Shown: piece by piece, positions 1 through 8,809 of the stretch
How positions within the stretch are numbered: the first letter of the stretch is position 1
How the letters are laid out: each line of letters starts with the position of its first letter
Assembly: GCA_000182565.2 (NCBI GenBank)
Contig: KQ257457.1
Source: Spizellomyces punctatus DAOM BR117
Taxonomy: Eukaryota
Strand: one strand, 5' to 3'
Length of the DNA: 64,000 nucleotides
Made by a program: the position numbers and the translations under genes
Notes under the pieces: generated by a model
Database searches by the model: none
Told to the model about the DNA's origin: nothing
The model's input: the letters and a program-made list of their open reading frames with translations, nothing else

Positions 1-879
1 AGTGGTAAGACACAATATTTGGATAAGCTGGCCATAAAATTACGTACGGGCTTCAGGAAAGTTGGCATATGATTGCGTATTCAGGTTAAATCTAACACGA
101 CTGCTGGTGGTGTTGGCCGCGACAAAAGCATCGTCAGACCAAACATACGCGGTGGTTGCGGTCTGCCCAGGGAGTAGTGTACAGGGGCCTTGAAGGAGGC
201 TAATGGTTCCTGCCAGGCCAAAGGCGACAAGGTTGGAGTAGGGATCGGTATTTATTTGGAGCATCGGTGCTGTCAAAAGTGCAGCTTTGAAGGTGTTGGG
301 GTATTGCTCCAAATACATTGCGCCGATTCCACCGCCCATGCTGTGACCCCAAAGGAATAAGTTTTTAGGAGAGGTAGCGGCGACCACAGAGATCAGGGTC
401 TGCATATCATCGACATAGTTCTGGAATTGATCAACGTCGGAAATGGTTTCTGGCTGGCAGCCAAGACGAGGTTTGGAGAAACCTTGGCCACGGTGGTCCC
501 AGGTAAAAACATTGAAACCCTATTTCAATGGCCAACATTAAGGGACTACAAGAGCGGAAACTTAAATAGGAAGAAAAAAACTCACATTCTGGTTAAAGTC
601 GTAGATCAACTCGCGGAATTTGATGAACGACTCCGTGTGGCCATTCACCAGGACGATGGTGTTGACAGATCCTCCTGGAGCAGCAAAGTACCTCCACGGG
701 ATATTGATACCAGCGGCTCCAACAATAGTACCGTTCTGAGAACTGACGAAATTGTTGTACATAGCCCCAGTGTAGAGACTAGGGAGCTGGTTCTCGGTGG
801 TGAACTTGACCATAGCCGCAGCCGACTGCATGCTGAGAGCGAGCACTGCGGACGTCGCGAGGAGGAGTGTCGCTTTCAT
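1..879 (-). CDS. Secreted alpha/beta hydrolase, lysophospholipase L2 (PldB)/Hydrolase_4-like; 3' end runs off the window
   Basis: Signal-peptide-like start MKATLLLATSAVLALSMQSAAA at ATG 879. Intron ~585-520 (GTGAG...TAG) joins VLVNGHTESFIKFRELIYDF to GFNVFTWDHRGQGFS. Nucleophile elbow GHSMGG. A further donor near 48. Confidence 0.8.
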
Positions 880-1910
880 GATGGTTGCAGCTATGTAGGG
901 CAACGTCACAATCTATAAGTCTATGTTTATTGTGGTAGGAATGCTGGGCCAAGAGACAAGACATTCTATCAGCAGCTTTTTATCTTGCATTTCTCAACCG
1001 CTGGCGTGGATTTCCTGTACTTTTATTTACATTGCAAGAAGTTCTAACTTTAGACGAGCCGGCAATGTCTTCAAAATAATAACTTGCGATAGCACTTTCG
1101 CAAGCAGCCGTCTTGCTGTCAACATTGAAGATTGTTATGGAAAAGAGTTGTAAATATCTAAAAATAGACGTAAAGCCTTGTGGTTAAGCTTAAGTTAGGC
1201 CAAATGTTGGCTCGGATCAGGGATGAATATCAGCCAGCGACTGTCAACATGGTTCATTCAGGAATCTTCGACAGGTCCAAATAGTCGCCGCAACTTTCCA
1301 AGTAATCCAAAATATTAGACTAGGAGGCAAATATTGTCCAAAATCGCTAAGCCCTACCATGCGTATCTTCCAAGTTTTTGCAATCCGTGGAGTTTGTCAA
1401 TGGTGAAATCAAACATCCCATACCGCTGCCAAACAGATTGCATCAGGATGCCAGCACACACCAGCGGCGTCATGCTGAGCGATCACTGATGGTCTCATAG
1501 CATGGTGGCTTTCCCTAAATGCCTGGTTACATGATGGTCGATTTCATTCAGTCGTCAACAATATCGAATTGGGTTGTTTACGGGTATTCCAGGTGATTTG
1601 ATGATTCAGGATATTTTCTTACAGTTGGGTTAGGTGTTCCGCTGGTTCAATAAATGAATATTCAAAGGACTTGTTTAAGGATCATCAAGAACACACACAT
1701 GCCTGTGTTCAAAAAACCCATAGTTTGAAGGTTGGGCGGACAAGGTTGACATTCAAATATTCCGGGATAAATACGAAGTGCAGCTTTAGGTTTGTATTGT
1801 GATCAAAGCATTGCAGGCGCTAATCCCATATTCAAAATCACTGAATAGAATAGAGAGTTATAGCTGCTGGTATTTGAAGCGGGCCCTGGTCCAGGTTTCC
1901 TCTACACCAA

Positions 1911-3571
1911 ATGGCATTTCGAAATCGATTTTTTTTATGCGCTCTACTGCTGCTTGTCACCCTGGTGCAGGCTCAAGCACACTATCTTCGAAGAAGCTCA
2001 CCAGGACGTCTGTTACGACGGGATGTTCTTGGAAACGAGACTGATGAAACGTCGATGAACTGCACTGATCCTGATCCTGCTGTCTGCGAAAACCATCATC
2101 AAGAGGAAGATGTAGAGGATTGGGACTTCTGGGGTTTCTATTCGTTATTACTTTTTCGAGCCCAAACTATCAATGTAGCTGCCGCATGTGTCCTGCTGGC
2201 CATTTTCATTGGATATTTGATTCCTTTCAAGGGTAAACATCCTTTTTCTCCGTTACACTCTGTGTTGTTTCATTGCTAATGATAATCCCATGCCTACAGG
2301 TCGTAAGTTGGGCCCTATACCCGAACTCCTCTTTACATGCACTATATTCGATGTGATGAACAGCGTATCAGTGCTTGGTGTTAGTTCCCATCTTGGATCT
2401 TGGATGGTAGTTCGTTTTTGAGCTGACTGGTCGCTCCCCCAGATTAGCAAACTTGATGGGACTGAAGCTCCCAGTGTCTGCCAAGTTTTGATGGTTTTCC
2501 AGATTTGGTCTGTTCTCTCATCTACCTTTTCGGTTGGCTGCATCTCGTATATTTTACACCGCGTCATGCTCCGGCAAAGTGCGCCTGGCCTGTCGTGGAA
2601 ACACCGTCTCTGTTTCAATCTCGGCTCAATCTTTGCTGGATTGATCATCGCTCTTGTCCCTCTCGGTGGTAATATGTATGAAAATAACGGGTGCGTAGTC
2701 GATGAACCTGATATCATTGGACTAGTGACCCAACACTCTTGCTCATAGGGGATGCTGGTTTGCGGGCACCGATTTCAAGAAACAGATCAGATGGGAGGTC
2801 TTGACATACTGGGCGTGGATTTTGGGAACAGTAGTCTACTCTGCTATTGTTATCTTCCTCGTCATCCTCGATTTGTACCAGAATGTTCGCCAGTTGACCG
2901 AGAAACGTGTAGCGTCATCTCAGAAATCTGCGAAATCCGGAAAATCCGACAAGTGTGAAACAGAAGACAACGAGTTCAGAGAGGCCCAGAGGGCCGTTGC
3001 AAATGCACAGAAGGTACGCTGCGTAAAGCTCCCTATATCCCAAAACCTATCCTAACCCTACTCAACGGGATCTCTCGCATCGCCGATATGATCTTGCAGC
3101 TTAACGGAATTCGAAAGCACTGGAAATTAATCTCCATTGGAATTCGCATCAGCCTTCTTCCACTTATTCTCCTGTTCACCCAAATTCCGAACGCGGCGGT
3201 CGAGATGTACTATTTCACACATGAGACGGACACGGAAAATAATACATTTTACGCACTGGCAGAATGGAATGGTAGACGTACAATTGATATTTGCTTTACT
3301 AGGTGCTGTTTTAACTGTTTCCTTGTATGCTCGATTCTCAGCGGTAACTCAGGTCCAGGGACTATTGAACTGTCTGGCTTTCTTGTTCTTCGATAATAAT
3401 CTGAAGAAACAAAGGAATTGGGTGCAGCGCGTTATATTCGGATGGCGACCCGCTACATATGACGGTGGCTCGTCAAGCGGACCTCTTAAAGCTCGACCTG
3501 TCAAGCAAAGTCTGTCGGTGGCGCCTCGCATCAGCGAGCGACCGAAGGCGACGAGCATAGACGACGTATAG
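1911..3571 (+). CDS. 7-transmembrane GPCR-like protein (cAMP-receptor-like/Git3 type), multi-exon
   Basis: N-terminal signal peptide. Hydrophobic helices spread over ORF fragments joined by GT-AG introns (e.g. 2233-2299). ECL2-type GCW motif, TM6 IRISLLPLILLFTQIP, TM7 QGLLNCLAFLFF. Confidence 0.7.
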
Positions 3572-3626
3572 GTGACATGAATTTCGACCCCGTTGAAACG
3601 TAGGCAAGTTGCTTTCGGCAGCTACA

Positions 3627-3801
3627 ACATTTCATACCTGACAATCCCCTGTAATGTACTGCACGGGAGCCTACAATGTGGTGGAGGACATCGTTTATTT
3701 TAGTGCTTTCGATACAGAATACATTTCATTTTTGACGATCCCCTGTAATGTACTACACCGGACGCCTACACAATATGGAGAAGGACATCGTCTATTTTAG
3801 T
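3627..3801. repeat. Imperfect tandem duplication, 2 x ~80 bp, period ~94
   Basis: ACATTTCAT..TGAC.ATCCCCTGTAATGTACT.CAC.GGA..CCTACA...GGACATCGT.TATTTTAGTG occurs at ~3627-3705 and 3721-3801. Confidence 0.85.
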
Positions 3802-4439
3802 GGCGTCTCCGCAATGAATTCCCACTTTTCCGGGCTTCCTGTCGTGCTCCAAATTTGGATGCTCTTGACATCTACTATCTGACCAACCACATTAAACTCT
3901 TTCTTCACTTCCTCTGCAATCTCTCGCTTTAGTTCTTTGTCAAGATCACCGTAGATAAGTGATAAGTGCGGCCAAAATAGCGGTTGGTCTTCTTTTTCAA
4001 AGACTTTCCGAGCAGTCGTGTTTAGCTCTATCAGAGGATCAGAAGGATGTGGGACAGCCATGACACACTGATAGTACAGATCTTTAGTTGCTATATCGGA
4101 CTGTGTCGAGAGTCAGTTGACTGTCTCCAACGACAGCGGTGAATTTTGGGTACGCACAAGAGTCACATTGAAGTTAGCTCCAGCGTCTGCAACCTTGCGT
4201 GTCAATGCTATTACATCCTCTTTTGATGTATTTATTCCACCTAGGAGAGTAATATGGGGATTCCACTGACACAGTTATCCCGATAAGGCACCAATTCTCC
4301 ACTTGCTCACAGTGGGTTGGGCACCACTAACCTTTGGTGTGTCCAATCTGTCCGAAAAGGTATCGATCACCTTCTTGAGGTAACTTTGAACTGTGGGTTC
4401 ACTCGGGCAGAGCCACAAAGAATACACGACGTCGACCAT
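3792..4439 (-). CDS. CPD1: 2',3'-cyclic nucleotide phosphodiesterase (CPDase, 2H phosphoesterase)
   Basis: MVDVVYSLWLCP start. The two 2H motifs PHITL (~4250) and PHLSLIYG are present, with two short introns. Confidence 0.8.
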
Positions 4440-4561
4440 TGCGCAACGACGATGCTGGTAGATGCCAAAGAGCCCTCCATGTGTGGTGAACCGACGCACT
4501 GGAGCCGGTTCTGGATCACTGGAACCAGTCCATTTCACGACATGGAAGCAGTTCCCTGCAC

Positions 4562-6593
4562 ATGGGTCTAATGCCAGCAGCGAGGGTAGCCAGAATGGCA
4601 AATGCAAACAGCGAAAAGACATCGTCGACAGCGCTGCACGCAAATGGAGGACCGATGACCTCGACAACAGCAGCCACTGTCACAAGTTCATCTACTACTA
4701 ATCCCGATGCTGATTGGTCGCTCCATCCGTCTGGGAAATATTACATTAGCAAGTCAAGTCCATGGTGCTACAGTGAGGCTTCTGGGTACTTTTACTTTGA
4801 TTCAAGCGGTAGGATAATAAAGCAAGATGAAGAATCCAAGCGTGAGGGAGAAACAGACACTGGGAAGGCTGCAAACGACGCGAGGGTCGAGCCAGTTGAA
4901 CAGCCACAGTCTGGACCCAACAGCCGGGACGAAAAGTTCAGGAGTTCAAAGGGAAAGCTTTCAATACTGAAGTTGGAAGAAGGGGAAATTGGAGAGGATG
5001 CGGAGACTGACAAAGTGGCGAAGGCCATGGTCCGAAGTGGCTACATACCGATGGAAGACCGTCGGCACTACTACCACCCAGACACAGGCTACGTGTACGA
5101 CACCTTAACCTCGTCGTATTCATTCTGGGACGAAGCGACCAAATCGTATGTACCTGTGCAAGACAACGGCCAGGCCGCTCCGCAGAGCAATGCCATGATG
5201 AAACTGGTTGTTATACAGTCGAAGCTCTTGGAGCCAGGTTCAATTATACTGGTGGATGCAACGGGGCTAACAGTTGGGAGAGACAAAGCCTTTGAGCGAC
5301 GTTTAGTCCTTAATGAAATCTCGGTTAGCCGGTTTCATTGCACAATTTATGTCAACCGGATAGTTGAGCCATTGGAGCCTATTCCAAATCGGCAGGCTGT
5401 CGAAGAACAGGAACCGGACACTGATGCAACCGTGGAAAAAGCGAATGAGCGAGAACAGATTGACTTTAGCAGTGCTCTAGAACGTGCTAAAGCGATTGCT
5501 GCTAGACTGACGGCAGACCTAAAATCACGCGGTAGGACGGGTCTGTCGACATAAGGAAGTCCGGCACAAGTGGAAATTGACTGTTGGTATTGACTTGCTA
5601 GACACAACCCCAATTCGGTCAACGTCTCCAACCCATGGAACCAAGCGTGTTTTTTCAGACGTGGAGGACTATCGGTCCTCATCACCCGCGGATAGTTTCC
5701 GCAGCAACACAAAGAGAAGCAGAGCGGGACCGCGACCACCTGAAAAGCGATTCATGGACTGCTTTTTTGTAACGGATGGAGGATCAACTCATGGGACATT
5801 CATAAACGGTGAGAGGTTGAGTCAACCAAAGGTAAGGTTTGGATAATGACACGAATATAACATCTTCTCTGAATATATTTTGGGACTTCAGATGAGCAGC
5901 CAACCTCATAGATTACAACATGGCGATACGCTTGTAATCGGCTCAACGACTATGAAAGTGCACATACACGCTTCCTGGGGATGCGACGAATGCCGAGTGA
6001 CATCCACAAATGTGATCAGTACCGAGCCAAAGTCAACACCGCCAAAGTCCGCAGACAATAACACGCCGCAGACTACCAAAGGGGAAAAGACAAAAAAGGG
6101 CTCTCTTGAAGTATCTCGACGCGAAGAACTCCGACGTCTAAAGCGTGAGGCACTAGGCGAAGACGCCGTTACAAAACCACGCGGCAAAAGGACGCAATAC
6201 GTTGACCGTGCTGCCATGCGTCGAAAAATGCATGGTGTGGACGCAAGTGTCATGGAGTTCCGGCAGGAGACTCAGGAGGAATCCAGTACCCATAGCTTTA
6301 CGCCTTCTGTTCCAACGCCTACACACGCGACGCCTATTACAGCTGCCGACCCTACCAACATTGGGAGCCGGATGCTGCAGAAGATGGGCTGGACCGAAGG
6401 GCAAGGCTTGGGTGCTAGCGGGGGTGGAAGGGTAGATCCTGTGGCTGTTTCCATGCGGATGGGAAGACAAGGGTTGGGAATGGGGACACCTGAGGAGGAT
6501 AACATTGGCGGAATGAGTGGAAGAAAGGAGACGTTGTATGAAGCGACGATGAGAAGGGCTAGAGAAAGATTCAATGAGATAAATAATGATTGA
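4562..6593 (+). CDS. AGGF1: OCRE-FHA-G-patch protein, AGGF1-like
   Basis: OCRE-like aromatic repeats (YYHPDTGYVYDTLTSSYSFWD). FHA motifs GRD..SRFH and DGGSTHGTFING. G-patch NIGSRMLQKMGWTEGQGLG. Introns ~5532-5599 and ~5832-5891. Start could be 4562 or 4595. Confidence 0.8.
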
Positions 6594-7636
6594 TGTTACA
6601 TAGCGTGGTCCCATCAGTCGGAAGAGCGCCGTTAATGTGCGCATCCAGCTCATTCATGTTCTTATAGATCACCTCCCAAAGTGATTCTTACTGATGACAA
6701 CGGTCACCCAAAGTTGTGGTATCTAAAAAGCGTGCATTCTGGCATCTTAACTCGACGTTCCTTTCAACCGGCATCACCAATTCTGATTCTGATTATCATA
6801 AATGGCCCACTCGAAGCTCTCATGCAATGCCTAGATTCAACTGAGTAACCCTTCCCAGGGTCTTACATATCAAAGTTTGAGTTTCGGCGCACATCTCAAC
6901 CACATTTTCAAAATGTGCATTTAGCTGCACATAGAGGCAATCGCATACAGCGATTCGATGTGGATTGCAAAAGATGGCATTGCATCACTCACATGTAAAG
7001 TCATTTATAATCTGCCATTATCTCGAGGTGAAGATTACCTGATTTGACTTTTAGCGATTTTGCCAGAGCTGAAGACAAACAGTTTTGTGATTCACCCCTA
7101 CCCACCAACCGGTAGTCACCAGAGTCAACACCCTCCCATTCCCTGCTAGCCCTCTATATCTCCTCGTAAAATGGGGCGCTGGCGGCCTTTCAATCGGGCT
7201 ATATTTGAAGAGACTGGCGATTGGCCGCGTACTGGTCGTCCAAATATCCACCGGCTCATGTTCCATCTCGTCACCAAAATGCCAGTACTGTTATAAACCG
7301 AAACTGGGGATATGAGAATGTGAGTCGTGAATCTCACCCGATCATTTGGGGATTGGCCTCATGTAAGTGACCATGGCGTGGAGGTGAATAAAGTGTCAAA
7401 GGTTTTGAGAGAGTTGTTTGAGGGGAGGAGGTTGCAGTAAGTCAATTTTGTAATGAACTGTAATGAAGAAGATGAACAGCAGATGTGTGTTTCGAGCAGT
7501 GTCAACAATGGATGACGAACTATCTATTGAGTACTGCTATCGCAGGTCTCGTGGTGAAATATCTATGTTTCTCCAAAAGCAAGTATATCATCGATATAGA
7601 TATTCCATCTCACGTATTTGCACTGAGAAACATCCA

Positions 7637-8396
7637 TAGTGTGGAGGTGATTGAAAATGGCACTAGGACCCATTATTATCCGGATTAATCCGGTTAGTCA
7701 TATCGCATAATCAGAACCCCCATCATTGCTCAAAGCGGTGAGGAGGCATGGATGCTAATGTTCTCCAAACTGCGGTGTGGCATGCTAATGTAGCTTTTTT
7801 TTTAAACTGCGGTGAGGCGCATGCCAAAGGTCTATAAAAGGGGGACCTGCTCCCTCTTCCCTCTTTCCTCTTTCCTCTTTACCCATCCTCGACTCAAAGC
7901 ATCCGCCCAACAAGTCTCAGTCCAATCATGAGAATACTGCTCTGGTGCCGAGGACCTCGACCGCCCAACAGCAACCGTGATCAGAACCAGCGGCAACCAA
8001 TCAGATCCGATAACAAAAACCTACTATTATGCTGCCACATTAGTTGAGCTTGGTTGGTATGTATCGATGGCATTTCTTGCATTTCTTGTCATCAGGTCAT
8101 CTTCTGACATGCAGTTTTAGTCTCCAAGCCTTGTCACTGAACATCCTCTGGCTTGTGACGCTGCCCAGTCGATTCGCTCCTGGATGCAAGAGTCTGGCTT
8201 CAATGCCATCAAGAGTTCCAGATCAAGGCCTAGTAGGGACCGCGTGTGGTGGTGGGCAATTATCCGGTTAGAACCAACCGTTACGTATTGCGTGTATAAT
8301 TGCCTAGTAGTAGCTTAGTTAGCTTTTCCAAACCGGTTGTCGCCGGTTTATTCCCTGGTGTAGTAGCTAGTGCCAGTTTCTGTCACCTCTACACTA
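7637..8396 (+). mobile_element. Non-autonomous TIR transposon, probable Fanzor1 'ghost' element (no nuclease ORF)
   Basis: Left end TAGTGTGGAGGTGATTGAAAATGGCACTAG (7637-7666) vs reverse complement of right end 8367-8396 TAGTGTAGAGGTGACAGAAACTGGCACTAG = 26/30. TA at both termini, CATA at 7635-7638. omegaRNA-like structure inside the right end. No long ORF. Confidence 0.85.
7732..7880 (+). promoter_or_regulatory. Putative Pol II promoter inside the ghost element
   Basis: Three AAA(CT)GCGGTG..GCATG repeats (~7732, 7767, 7804), TATAAAAG at 7833-7840, then a pyrimidine tract CTCTTTC x n. Confidence 0.45.
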
Positions 8397-8411
8397 TCCT
8401 ATCTGTCACCA
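8324..8411 (+). ncRNA. Fanzor omegaRNA-like guide RNA (scaffold ~8324-8396 plus ~15-nt flank-derived guide)
   Basis: TTTTCCAAACCGGTTGTCGCCGGTTTATTCCCTGGTGTAGTAGCTAGTGCCAGTTTCTGTCACCTCTACACTA. Stem AAACCGG/CCGGTTT (8330-8349) and stem TGGTGTAG/CTACACTA (8356-8363 with 8389-8396). Motif order matches my recollection of the SpuFz1 omegaRNA scaffold; not aligned computationally. Confidence 0.75.
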
Positions 8412-8484
8412 ACTGTTCACAGATACTTCATGGAGGTCAGAATATTTACCCATATATAGAAGATTACCCCTTGAAATTTTTGTA

Positions 8485-8557
8485 GCCCGGTTAGCTCAAT
8501 CGGTAGAGCGTGAGGCTCTTAACCTCAAGGTTGCGGGTTCGACCCCCGCATCGGGCT
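8485..8557 (+). tRNA. tRNA-Lys(CTT)
   Basis: Full cloverleaf: GCCCGGT/ATCGGGC acceptor, anticodon loop CTCTTAA, TTCGA T-loop. T7 terminator at 8579-8585. Confidence 0.97.
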
Positions 8558-8809
8558 GTTTCATAGGAATGAGGAATGTTTTTTTCCTTAACCGCAGCTG
8601 TCGCGCCTTGTTCCTGGTGGTTGCTTATAAGTAAGATATTTGTCGACCTTTGACGACGCACAGCACCGCAATTATCAAGAACTCCATACATCGGCAAGTA
8701 GCTGCATGATGACAGACTGGTAGTTGCAGTTGCCGTCAGCATTTCAACAATAGTTCTAAGCACACATCAAATCTCCCTAGACACCTACGTACACCATCAA
8801 GCATTATAC

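Noticed and set aside
5552-5554. Apparent premature stop in the AGGF1-like gene (pseudogene or readthrough)
   Set aside because: The stop lies within a GT-AG intron (~5532-5599).
6153-6653. Antisense ORFs overlapping real genes (here and throughout the window)
   Set aside because: Shadow frames of well-supported genes with no recognisable domains.
7051-7376. Possible small minus-strand gene or relic with an intron-like segment
   Set aside because: I could not build a consistent open frame or recognise any motif.
7928-8271. Short ORFs inside the TIR element as Fanzor or transposase
   Set aside because: Only 39-75 codons, with no RuvC, zinc-finger or DDE motifs visible.
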